NCBI RefSeq assembly: GCF_006345805.1
Contig: NW_021834354.1
Coordinates: 1-49,161 of the forward strand
Origin: Octopus sinensis
Taxonomy: Eukaryota
Length of the DNA: 49,161 nucleotides
Direction of reading: 5' to 3'
A program made the translations under genes and the position numbers. Below are positions 1 to 12,649 of this stretch, one piece after another. The number at the start of each line of letters is the position of its first letter. Positions within the stretch are counted from its first letter, which is position 1. The notes beneath the pieces are model-generated. The model did not search any database, had not been told where the DNA came from, and saw only the letters and a list, made by a program, of their open reading frames with translations.

Positions 1-93
1 TACTCATAACTTAATTTTCAGGTAATCAGTGTGATACGAGGCTGCACCCTTGTATTGCAAATACAATCCACCTGGCGGGCTTCTGTGTATATG

Positions 94-124
<31 letters not shown>

Positions 125-280
125 GTATGCTGTTATAGGAACCTTCTCCAACACTCTCTATACGACCTTGGATAGTCTCTGCCCTTCCCCGTCGCCGATA
201 AGTAGATTACTGGAACTACGGCCATCCATGGCTAGACTTGGGATGAACACCGAAAGGGTTTTCCGTTGCTTCCTTCAGCC

Positions 281-350
281 AGCTGGGATTCGAACTCAGA
301 ATGTAAGATATACCGCAAAGCACTTTAGTTGACGTGCCAGCGATTCTACC
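281..350 (-). mobile_element. tRNA-derived SINE head fragment (family B-like)
   Basis: Reverse complement reads GGTAGAATCGCTGGCACG...TTCTGAGTTCGAATCCCAGCT, with A-box and B-box-like motifs. It resembles the family-B heads at 23752 and 34646. Confidence 0.65.
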
Positions 351-379
351 CAATAGAACAACGTCAAATGAATTGTTTA

Positions 380-470
380 GATCAAGAAAACAACACGCCG
401 CCCGGTCTGGGAATCGATCACTAGATCTAGCGATCGTGAGCGCAACACCCTCACCACTAGGCCATGCATC
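380..470 (-). mobile_element. tRNA-derived SINE head fragment (family C-like)
   Basis: Reverse complement GGCCTAGTGGTGAGGGTGTTGCGCTCACGATC...GATTCCCAGACC...GTGTTGTTTTCTTGA resembles the head of the element at 42599. Confidence 0.6.
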
Positions 471-518
471 TTAACGTGCGCACGCACACACACACGCACG
501 CACACACACACACACACA

Positions 519-549
<31 letters not shown>

Positions 550-1039
550 CTTGGTGTCATCTTTGGTGGATTAAACAACAACAAACATCTTCTGGAGATG
601 TTGTCCTTACAATATTAGAAGATTATTTATAGAAACGATCTTACTAGTACAAAACAATGCAGACATGAGCTGCTATGAGTCACAAAAACGAAGCCCACAC
701 GCTCTTAGTCTTGAATTTAGAACAGAGTCAATGGGTACAAGTTCAAACCCAGTATTTATATCATCACTTCGTCATTCTTATGGACTTTCTGGATCTGATA
801 AAATGGCAGCGAGACACGTTAACACCAGTGTCTATTTCATATGTGACTGAGAGGTTTCTAGAAACCTCGGTGCACTTAGAACAGAGGTTGCCAACATTTT
901 CTCTACCAAGGGTCAGTTTTACTTAAATGAATTTTCCCACAAACTCCAGGTTCTTAAAAGGTCCGCACAATCAATAAACCGAATTTATTAACAGCAAATT
1001 CGTTTTCTCAATTTCACGTTTCAGGTAAAAGGCACACAC

Positions 1040-1071
<32 letters not shown>

Positions 1072-1316
1072 TTACATACTTACATAGGGTGTATATATGT
1101 ATATGTATGCATGTATGTGTGAGTATGTGTGTCTGTATGTATATGAAATGGATTACCTTGGTCACACTTCTTTCCTGACCAACCGATTTGACATCCGCCA
1201 TTGCAAGCACCTGTCTGTTCATTGCAAGTGAAGTTTTGTGAACAGTGACCACATTTGAATTGGCAGTTGGGACCATATGTGTGATTCTGACAATCTGAAA
1301 GAGAAACGAAATAATG

Positions 1317-1384
<68 letters not shown>

Positions 1385-1424
1385 TATTATTATAATAATA
1401 ATGATAATAAGAAAATTCTAACTG

Positions 1425-1605
1425 CCCCCCCCACCTGCAAGGTCATGTGCTGTTTATCTTGATATGAGATCACCATGCCGCGCTCACATGGTTGTGATGC
1501 ATGTGCCTAGTGTAGCCTAATCAGACGGGTAGTCATGATGGGTATACTGGACTTCGTATATTTTACCCCAGAGTCACTTTGATGGCATGCACTGCTCTCT
1601 CACTC

Positions 1606-1610
<5 letters not shown>
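1425..1610 (+). mobile_element. Probable non-LTR retroposon 3' end between two (AAT)n tracts
   Basis: A unique ~185 bp segment ends ...GGCATGCACTGCTCTCTCACTC and runs straight into (AAT)n; another (AAT)n lies upstream. Same architecture as 23486-23697. There is no second copy in the window, so the assignment is inferred. Confidence 0.4.
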
Positions 1611-1665
<55 letters not shown>

Positions 1666-1679
1666 TGATAATAATAATG

Positions 1680-1729
<50 letters not shown>

Positions 1730-1730
<1 letters not shown>

Positions 1731-2076
1731 TTTGCCTGAGTTTGCCTCTTACAAAAGTTGCTTTGTCACACATATCAAGGCCAAAATCCACCCGGATGTC
1801 ATTGCTGAAATATTTAACAGTTGTTAACAGCTCTACTAACTTTTTTTCATTTCTAACAAACAGCTTCAGATCGTCCATATAATATACTTTTTGATACCAC
1901 ACATGGTGTTACTCAGTTCGCTGAGAGTGAGATCAGTGTTATGCAAAAAAGTAATGGGGAGAGGGAGTCACCTTGAAAGATGCCTCGTTTGATGTTGTGT
2001 TGTTAGATTGGCTCATCCCATTACTATAGCGTATAACGATACGTGTATTCCACTTGGCCGTGCTACTTTGTAAGAA
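1730..2076 (-). pseudogene. R4/Dong-clade non-LTR retrotransposon RT core fragment (inverted piece)
   Basis: Minus-strand translation with frameshifts: FLQSSTAKWNTRIVIRYSNG..NIKRGIFQGDSLSPLLFCI..YMDDLKLFVRNEKKLVELLTTVKYFSNDIRVDFGLDMCDKATFVRGKL. This contains the RT QGD and YxDD motifs, with the YMDDLKL signature of R4-type elements. Confidence 0.9.
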
Positions 2077-2077
2077 T

Positions 2078-2630
2078 TACTATAAATACCCGGGGACAAA
2101 GGAAGGAGATGGTATACAACATGCCACTATGAAGGAAAAAATAAGAAAGGAGTATTACAGGAGAATAAGACTCATACTAAAAACTGAACTCAACTCCAAA
2201 AATCGCATCGAAGCCATTAACACCCTGGCATTTCCAGTAGTCAAATATAGTTTTAACATCATTAACTGGAATCTTACATAACTCCAACACCTGGACAGGA
2301 AGACAAGAAAACTACTAACATCTAAAGACATGCAGCACCCAAAAGCAGATGTTGATCATCTGTACCTACCTAGACGTAATGGGGGAATAGGAAGGATGCA
2401 CGTAGAACTGTACTATAGGACCTCCACAATAGCAATGAACAAGTACTTATCTAGTACAGAGGATTGGATGCTGCGGTTTGCGTGCAAATACGAAAGCAGC
2501 AAAAAATCACTTTCTAAAGCTTGCAAATTCTCAAGGGAACTCGGCATTAATTCTGAATTAGATGAAGAACTTGAAACCACTGCCACCACACAAGCAGAAC
2601 GGATCAAACAGACTGCAAAAAAAAAACAAA
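2078..2630 (+). pseudogene. R4/Dong-clade RT thumb and downstream fragment
   Basis: One frame with a single stop at 2279-2281: YKYPGTKEGDGIQHATMKEKIRKEYYRRIRLILKTELNSKNRIEAINTLAFPVVKYSFNIINW..LDRKTRKLLT..HPKADVDHLYLPRRNGGIG. It ends in an A-rich run. Confidence 0.9.
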
Positions 2631-2746
2631 CAAACAAAAAACCCGGCTGAAACAAACTGAGGAGCGGTGGAGCCAGAAGCCAAAAGGCAATTTTATTTTA
2701 ATTCTCTCGCAGGAAGGATTAGTTTGGCGAGTCGTGTCCTGTCTTG

Positions 2747-3948
<1,202 letters not shown>

Positions 3949-3968
3949 TATATATATATATATATATA

Positions 3969-4183
3969 TAGTAATCCCTCGCCATATCGCTGTTCACCTA
4001 TCGCGGTTTATTATTTAAGCGTATGTCCATTCCTCCGTGGTGTTGTTTTACATTAATAATAAAATTAATATATACAAATTATAAAAATCGTAAAAAAAAG
4101 TACAGTACTGTTTCTACTTCGCGGATGTTCACATATCGCGGTGTGTTTTGGAACGTAACGTCCGCGATAGCCAAGGGCTACTG
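3969..4183. mobile_element. pogo/Tigger-type MITE (Tc1/mariner superfamily)
   Basis: Ends TAGTAATCCCTCGCCATATCGC and CCGCGATAGCCAAGGGCTACTG are imperfect TIRs, flanked by TA, with no coding capacity. Confidence 0.65.
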
Positions 4184-4209
4184 TATATGTATATTAAAGA
4201 CACACATGA

Positions 4210-4262
<53 letters not shown>

Positions 4263-4597
4263 TACTTGCATAATACACACACGCACACATTCACACGCAC
4301 GAACACACACATACAGTTTATATTCTATGACTAACTATTTTATCAGAAGTCGACTGGTGATCGCCAAGATTTCGGCACCTCAAGACATCCCCCAACCATC
4401 GCCCCCCACTCCCTTCTTTCATTCGGGTCGTATCATATACCAATTCCAGAAGTGTGTGTGTATGTGTGTGTGTGTTCGTGCACGCATACGTATATGTATA
4501 TGCATATATATAGATATATATGTATACGTATATATGTATATATGTATATATATGTATATGTATGTATGCATGTATGTATGTATGTATGTATGTATGA

Positions 4598-4630
<33 letters not shown>

Positions 4631-4931
4631 CATATATATTTATATACATATGTATAGATAGATAGATAGACATACTTACATCCATACACATATACACACA
4701 TACATTGGAAGATCAACAAACGGCCTTATTCTTTCCCCATCAAATCATTCATACATCGTATACATACATAAACACCACAGGAATAGAAATACAATATTTG
4801 TGTGTGTGTGCGTGTGTGTGTGTGCATATGTTTGGAAAAGAAAAGAAAACTAGCTGACCTTGAGCATCTGATGTCACAAAGCGTACACATGACTGTCTGT
4901 CCGACAGACTCAGCCCCACCCACCAAACTTA

Positions 4932-4970
<39 letters not shown>

Positions 4971-5296
4971 ATGTTTGTATCTATATGCGAACTGTGTAGA
5001 ATTATATACACATTACACACAGAAGATGGAGGACTATGATGATAAGTGGTGGTTGCTTTAAAGGGATAAAACCGCCTCTATTTTGGGGGTCTGAAGACAT
5101 TGGACAATGTTGGCGCTGAGGAAATATTTAAGGAACCAGCAGTCTAGACATTGTTTTTTTTTTTTTGCTTACAGGAACAACGCCGACGCCATCGACAACA
5201 CTTGATCGATAACAGGAAGAGCGAAAGGCTATTGAGAATGAAATTCATATTAATACACGTGAATGCATTCATATATGTATGTGTACATGTGTGTTT

Positions 5297-5363
<67 letters not shown>

Positions 5364-5757
5364 ACATACACGTACACACACACTCACTCACATATATTGA
5401 TATACATACACACAGAGACAGATTCCCCTACAAATGGAACCAGTTGTGAATGGGCGAGTATTTGCTTTCACAGATGAAATTGAATTATTTCAAAAACACG
5501 AAGAGTTTCCTTGCCAAAAAATAATGCTACAGAAGAATAATGGTAACGATCAAAATTGGCACCATAGACTAATGGTAGCAAAAATAATGGTACTAAAGAA
5601 TAATGGCAACATAGAATAATTCTATATCCAACATATTTTTCGTAGGGAAAATATTATGCCAATATTTTTTATTATTATTTCATTTAACCCTACTATATAT
5701 ATGTGTGTGTATGCAGGTATATATATATATTTAAAAAAAAAAAAATATATATATATA

Positions 5758-6144
5758 TTCTTTTACTTGTTTCAGTCATTTGAGTGCGGCCGTGCTGGAG
5801 CATCACCTTTAGCTGAACAATCGACCCCAGGACTTATTCTTTGTAAGCCTAGTATTTATTCTATCAGTCACTTTCGCCGAACTCCTAAATTACGGGGGCG
5901 TAAGCGGACCAACATCAGCTGTCAATCATAGTTGGGGGGGGGTGCAAACACAGACACAAAGACAAACACACACATAAATATATATATAAACGGGCTTCTT
6001 TCAGTTTCCCTCAACCAAATCCACTCATATGGCTTTGATCGGCCCGAGGAAAACACTTGCTGCTCAAAGCACCGCGCAGTGGGACTGAACTCGGAACCAT
6101 GTGGTTGGTAAGCAAGTTTCTTACCATGCAGCCACTCGTGCGCC
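5758..6144 (-). mobile_element. tRNA-derived SINE, family A, near full length
   Basis: Colinear reverse complement of the copy at 38671-39090 (head GGCGCACGAGTGGCTGCATGGTAAG, tail TGACTGAAACAAGTAAAAGA). Confidence 0.9.
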
Positions 6145-6154
6145 TTTTTATTAT

Positions 6155-6309
6155 TCTTTTACTTGTTTCAGCCATTTGACTGCAGCCATGCTTTGGTCAG
6201 CCCTTGGCTACAGTAGAAGACACTTGCCCAAGGTTTCAAATAGTGGGACTGAACCCAGAACCATGTAGTTGGGAAGCAAGCTTCTTACCACACAGCCACA
6301 CCTACGCCT
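6155..6309 (-). mobile_element. SINE family A, internally deleted tandem copy
   Basis: Head (GTGGCTGTGTGGTAAGAAGCTTGCTTCCC...CAGTCCCAC) is joined almost directly to the 3' tail (GGCTGCAGTCAAATGGCTGAAACAAGTAAAAG). Confidence 0.8.
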
Positions 6310-6657
6310 GATATATATATATCCACAATGTATTATGTTATTAATGACACCGAGAAGAACTTCCTTTTTCTTCCACTCGCCAAAATGAATAGAGCTTTGA
6401 TCAGGTGGAATTCATGTCAGCCGATATCCAACGATTATCGGAGGTTTTGACCCTGAACCGTAAAACATCCTCCCGTTGGGGGTCAGCTGAGGTGGCCAAA
6501 TCACTGCTCATCCTCTTCATCTGGCCTTCAGCTTTACTGCCCTCTCTTGCTCCATATTATATCTATATTATATATATATTATACATGTTATATGTATATT
6601 ATATATGTTTTATATACATACTTACGTATATACATACATGCACACACACACATACAC

Positions 6658-6696
<39 letters not shown>

Positions 6697-6861
6697 TATA
6701 TCTATATATATATATATTATATATATATATATATTAATAAAAGGAATTCCAACCTTGTCTGATTTTCACGTTTTATTTACAATCTTATAATGATATATTA
6801 TAAGATAATATAATATAATATAATAAAATAAAATAATAGAATGTTAAATGTTCATTCTGAT

Positions 6862-6906
6862 TGAACTAGTACTTTCATGCATTGAATTCTGCAATCTTCA
6901 GGTTCA
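6862..6906 (-). ncRNA. Type I minimal hammerhead ribozyme
   Basis: TGAAC-CTGAAGA-T-TGCA gaattcaa TGCA-T-GAA-AGTACT-A-GTTCA: 5-bp stem I, CUGANGA core, 4-bp stem II, GAAA, palindromic stem III, UA cleavage site. Confidence 0.8.
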
Positions 6907-6960
6907 TGTAGTAGTGGTGACAGTCATGCTTCACAATTTTTGACTGTCACCACTACTACA

Positions 6961-7005
6961 TGAACCTGAAGATTGCAGAATTTAATGCATGAAAGTACTA
7001 GTTCA
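6961..7005 (+). ncRNA. Type I minimal hammerhead ribozyme
   Basis: TGAAC-CTGAAGA-T-TGCA gaatttaa TGCA-T-GAA-AGTACT-A-GTTCA. Predicted cleavage is after position 7000. It differs from the minus-strand copy by one loop base. Confidence 0.8.
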
Positions 7006-7184
7006 ATCAGAATGAACATTTAACATTCTATTATTTTATTTTATTTTATTTTATTATATTATCTTATATCATTATAAGATTGTAAATAAAACGTGAAAAT
7101 CAGACAAGGTTGGAATTCCTTTTATTAATATATTCTTCTATACACAATCACACACACCCGTATATATATACTTGTGGGTAGTAA

Positions 7185-7264
<80 letters not shown>

Positions 7265-7272
7265 AGCAAAAA

Positions 7273-7310
7273 CTGTCCGACGAACGGCAACGGGAAACTC
7301 AGAGTAACAG
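7273..7310 (+). ncRNA. Degenerate type I hammerhead motif (different family)
   Basis: CTGT-CCGACGA-acggcaacgg-GAA-ACTCAGAGT-A-ACAG. Stem I (CTGT/ACAG) and stem III are intact; the core has U4C and stem II is disrupted. Confidence 0.55.
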
Positions 7311-7343
7311 GTTTTGTTGAATTTTCTGCTGCTTTGAATAAAG

Positions 7344-7377
<34 letters not shown>

Positions 7378-7502
7378 ATATATATAATAAATATTAGGGA
7401 ATGAATCCAAAATTACAGGGAAAAATCAGATTTAGGGTTAAATCCAATTTTATAGTAAAATATTACATAAATACATACATACATACATACACGCATACAT
7501 AC

Positions 7503-7587
<85 letters not shown>

Positions 7588-8551
7588 GCCACACAATTTG
7601 TGTGTGTGTGTATTTTTGTTGGTGTTACTTCTTTAGCCGCAGGTTCGAGCCCTGGTCAACAAAATTATGTTCAGAAGCGCTCTAGCCATTACTAACCCGT
7701 TTTGTATTCATACGTAATGAGTATGTATAAGAGTTTACAGTCTAATAAACCTATTTTGTCAAAAGACTTTAGGATGTGATTTGAGATTTGAGGGAGTTTT
7801 TGGCTGCTTCTTATGGCATTTGAAACAACCATCCTCTCGTTGGATTGTAAATAAGACTTTGACGTCATACGAAGCAATGGCACAATACATGAATGTGGGT
7901 GTGTGTGTGTTTAAAGGAGGCGAATGAAGTGGGTAGGAAGAGGAAGAGGAAGGAAGTAAGAGAAAGATAAAAGGGTGGGAGGTCGTCTGCGTCAGAGGCG
8001 TCTCACAGACGAACGTAGAGATTAACATCGGAGGTGGAGACACCTGTTGTTCAACATTACACACACACACACACACACACACACATGCTCACTGTGTGTT
8101 TATGTATATATATCAGTGTGCATATGCGCGCATACACACATGTATGATTAGACACTCATACACATGTATGTGTATGCTCACCAGGCATACACACAAAGGG
8201 AAGTGCCGTATCATCTCGCCTTCTTTCGCCAGACACTTCCCACTCCGACAACCGCCTGTTCTTCTCTAAACAACCTCCCTACAATCCATGTCTTTCGGTA
8301 CAAGAAGAGACACCATTATCATTAAAAGGAGAGGAGGATAAGGAAGGTAAAGAGTGGGATTAGGGGAGATAACTGGTTAACAATTGAGCTTTACAGTATA
8401 CATATTGATAAGAGGCGAAATCCCTAACCCCACACGTCAGTGTTATTGTTGGGGCTGTAAGGTTATGTGGGGTCATGATAAGGAAGAAAGGGATGTGTGT
8501 GTGTGTTATAGACTGACTCTACATACATGAATGCCTCCCCCCTCTCTCTCA

Positions 8552-8700
8552 GCGCAGGGGTGGCTGTGTGGTAAGAAGCTTGCTTCAAAACCAGATAGTT
8601 CCGGGTTCAGTCCCACTGCATAGCACCTTGGGAAAGTGTCTTCTACTATAGCCTTGTGAGTAGATTTGGTTGACAGAAACTGAAAGAAGCCCGTCGTTTA
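8552..8700 (+). mobile_element. SINE family A, 5' half
   Basis: GCGCAGGGGTGGCTGTGTGGTAAGAAGCTTGC...GGGTTCAGTCCCACTGC...GAAACTGAAAGAAGCCCGTCG matches 38671-38835. Confidence 0.85.
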
Positions 8701-8713
8701 TATATGTATATAT

Positions 8714-8962
8714 AACAAGTAGAAAGATATATTTTTCAACGCATAAATACTGATTGAACAGCAAGCATATACAGGATAAAGTCCATTTTAGAGCAGAGAA
8801 GATTTGTCAGCGACCAAACCCGAGAGCCTCTGACCGGAAATCAGAGGTGTGTGTGTTCGTTCCTCAGCTGCTGACAAATTCTTCTGCTCTAAACAGGATT
8901 TTATCCTAAAAATGCTGTTCTATCAGTATTTACGCGTTGGAAAATATATTTTTCTACTTGTT
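8714..8962. mobile_element. Fold-back MITE-like element
   Basis: About 100 bp imperfect inverted arms (AACAAGTAGAAAGATATATTTTTCAACGC / GCGTTGGAAAATATATTTTTCTACTTGTT) plus a central hairpin CCTCTGA-ccggaaa-TCAGAGG. Confidence 0.7.
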
Positions 8963-9739
8963 CTACAATACATTTCAACGCTTCAAAAACAAACTAATGT
9001 TTGTTTACATATGACGTAATATATATATATATATATATATATATCTATATATATATATATATATATAATATATATCTATATATATATATATATATATATA
9101 TAATACATATGTGTGTGTGTGTAAAAAGTAGCACTTCCTTTCTCCAAGCTTAGATTCGAAACCGAATCTAAGGATTCTCGCTGCTCTGAGCCACCACTGA
9201 CCAAACAGGCACGAATCAAATTTTCTTTGTCCTGTCAAAAAAATGATAAATGGTCTCCTTTTGACCTACGACCTCAGCCATATCAGGTGAAGTTCAAATG
9301 GACAGGAGCTGCCCTATTTGGACACAATCTCTTTTGCAGTATGTCTGTCCTTCTAGCTGCCACGGCTGATTATAAATACAGCAGTCAGCAAAGACAGAAA
9401 GGACCTGGGACGAAGATAGAGCGCACGAGATAGCCGACCAGTATTTTCTCAGATGAACGACGCACACACAGACACCAAACATATTCAGTTCTACCACATC
9501 ATATCCACAGATGTACCCTGTTTTTGTTCCTCTCAACTCGTAGCACTTGACAACAAATTAATGTAGTGAAATATTGTGTTTACCAACAGCAAATGCAAGT
9601 CCAGTAAATTAATTATTTAAACTATAAATCGATGTCATTCCATTACTTACTTCGAAGGCATCCACGTGCCAATCACCTCTGTTTACCCCCAACACATTCT
9701 GATACACCTTTTCTACGACATATGTATGTATTTATTATT

Positions 9740-9939
9740 TGTGTCTGTGTTTGTCCCTCCACCGTCACTTGACAACCGATGTTGGTATGGTTATGTCCCC
9801 ATCACTTAGCCATTCGGCAAAAAGAGACAGATAGAATAAATACTAGGCTCACAAAGCATACGTCCTGGGGTCGATCTGTTCGACTAAAGGGGGTGCTCCA
9901 GCATGGCTGCAGTCAAATGACTGAAACAAAAGAGTAAAA

Positions 9940-9942
<3 letters not shown>
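9740..9942 (+). mobile_element. SINE family A, 3' half
   Basis: TTGACAACCGATGTTGG...TTCGGCAAAAAGAGACAGATAGAATAA...GGTGCTCCAGCATGGCTGCAGTCAAATGACTGAAAC...AGAGTAAAAG. Confidence 0.85.
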
Positions 9943-9978
<36 letters not shown>

Positions 9979-10192
9979 CATACATGGTGGTTGTCTAATC
10001 TTTATGCAGAGTTTGACCACCTCCTGTACCTACACTTTAGAACCATCATGGCATCTGATGTGGCTTTTTAAAAGACATCCACATAGATCGCCTATCCGAT
10101 TTGGACCACCAAGAGCTGCACGGCAGATCAAAACCACTCACGACTGAATGCGTGAACCGAAAGAATAGCTGGAAATTGATCCGAACATTTTT

Positions 10193-10755
10193 CATCTGAT
10201 CGATGAAATAAATCAGCATCGTCTTGACACTGGACTTCACTTGACGCTCTTTTTGCGCGGGGGGGGGGGCGTTGTGATACTGAATGCTTTCATTGACTTG
10301 ATTGCTGCTTTGTTTCCGGGTCGTAGCCATAGCAAAAGCTTTGATTACCAGTGATGACCCTCTAAAAAGGTTCGGATCAATTTCCAGCTATTCTTTCTGT
10401 TCAAAAATTCAGTCGTGACTGCCTTTGATCTTCCGTAAACAAGCGAGGAACAAATTTTGCTGCAACTTTTTTCATTCGCAATTCTTCGCTCAAAATTCGT
10501 TGGAAGGATCTCCAAGACACACACCAGTCATATCAACAGGTTCGTCAATTATTCGACGACGCTACTTCAAGATCAGTTCATGAATTTTCGTGATGTTTTC
10601 ATTTGTTCGGGAGGTCGACGGCCGTCCCGAACGAGGCTGGTCGTCATGCAAAAACTGACCATTCCTAAAGGGTGGGAACCACTCGTAAACTTGTGTTTTG
10701 CTCGTGGCAGCGTCCTTGTAAACTGTTTGAAGCATGATAATTGTTTCGGCGCACG
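10193..10755 (-). pseudogene. mariner-family transposase fragment
   Basis: Minus-strand translation with stops: AETIIMLQTVYKDAA..QVYEWF..PRSGRPSTSRTNENITKIHEL..VAAKFVPRL..YGYDPETKQQSSQ*K..KTMLIYF. These match the mariner WVPREL and YDPETK motifs. Confidence 0.9.
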
Positions 10756-12350
10756 CGCGTACGCATGTATGTATGTATGTATGTATGTATGTATGTATGT
10801 ATGTATGTATGTATGTATGTATGTATGTATGTATGTGCTTAAAAGCTGTCTTCGTATTGATGGTGTTCCGCGTTCAGTCGCACTTCACGGCACCTTCTAC
10901 CAAGTCCTCGGGTAGCTTCAATTCTTGTGAAGGAAATTCGATAGACGGAACCTGTTTAAAAGGTCGGGTGGAATGCCATCCATAATCAAGCGTCTTCAAA
11001 CTACGCCGATTCTGCTTCCAGAATTACGTCAAGAATTGTCGGCAGAACACTGAGACACTTGCACTCCGTCACTCTGTATTTGTGATGTATTCTACTCTGT
11101 TATTGGCATCACTCATAAAGCGTGGCTATGCTGAATACTGGGTCATTGTTTCGATCTCTGGTGCTTGGCTTGAAGGATGAATTAAGCGCGTTAAAGGATG
11201 TCCATAAACACTACTAGGTATTACACCCCTTCCTTCAGCCACCAAATATGGTAAACAGAAATTAGGAATTGGTCTTGCTGAACAGTTCACGAATTGAACC
11301 TGTGGCCCTATGATCGTAAGCCTTCCATCCCTGACCACTAGGCCTCGTGGCCTTCATGCAGCCGCCCAATGGCTAAACAAAGTAAAAAAGAGGTTCACTA
11401 AAGTCAGTCTGTCTTTACTCAGCTGGTTTCTTGGGATTGAACAAATGGTTTCTCCGAAGAATTTTGGAGAAAATCTGAGTTGAAATATTTAAAAACCAAC
11501 TTTAAAACGAACGGTTTTATATGAGAAGAACAGGAACGGGTTCAGGTGGATGTTTTACGTATCGCTAAATTAGAGGTGCAAGACCAAGTCTGCTGATCGT
11601 TTTCGGAATTTGTGTGACTACTGGAATTAAGTGAGGAAGTTGCCCTAAAAGCAATGACATGTTCTGAACCAGAGCTTCCAAGAGAAATCTTGGAATGGTA
11701 GAAGTAGAACTTTTTTTTTAGAATGGTGGAGGCTTTGACAATTCAAAAGGTATTTGAGTTTCTCTGTGGTGAAAGAGAAGGAGGGTTTCCACCAGATCTT
11801 CACAAATCCTTTTGTGGTTCTCCAGATACCAAAACGATATTCTGGTTGACCCCTCCCACCTCTTATCGTCCCTACTCCGAACACTTGCCAGAGAATGGGT
11901 TCTGCTTAAGATCCTCCATGGAATTGGTGATAGTGTGGTGATGGTGGTGATGGTCCTGTTTAACAGGATATGGTCGAAAGAGTTTCAAACCCACCCACAA
12001 AAATAAAGAAAACAAGGACAAACATCTCCCCACACATTTTATAAACGAAGAATTTTTGCAGACCTCAAAAAAGCCAAATATCTTTAATTGCCATCTGACC
12101 TAGCTTCTTTTTATACTTCGCCTCTTGAGTACCCTTGGTCATTAATTTACTACTTAAATTATGAATATATATATGTACAAACATCATCATCATGATATGA
12201 ATGACCGCAAAGCTCACTGACCAGTTCACATCTCTGAACAACAAACAATCTTTTTTAAAAAATTTGATATTTCTCCCAAAGCTATTTCGCCTTAAATTTC
12301 TTTTTGAGAATGTTGATATTTTTACTTACTGTGGTTCATCGTATTTTGGT

Positions 12351-12458
<108 letters not shown>

Positions 12459-12595
12459 GTGTAAAAGAGTAAGAGAGGCAGAGAAAATCGCTGTTTATAT
12501 TCATCCTACTTAGGATTAAATGTAGCAGAAGTGAATACAAAGATCACGTTTTCGGTGGTGATGACACCACCACCACCACCACCACCACCACCACC

Positions 12596-12649
<54 letters not shown>

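Larger units (their letters stand above)
6729..7133. repeat. Near-perfect ~400 bp palindrome (inverted PLE terminal repeat)
   Basis: Arms ~6729-6926 and 6941-~7133, with a 14-nt loop TGCTTCACAATTTT. Differences are mostly confined to an AT-rich tract. Each arm carries a hammerhead motif. Confidence 0.95.
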
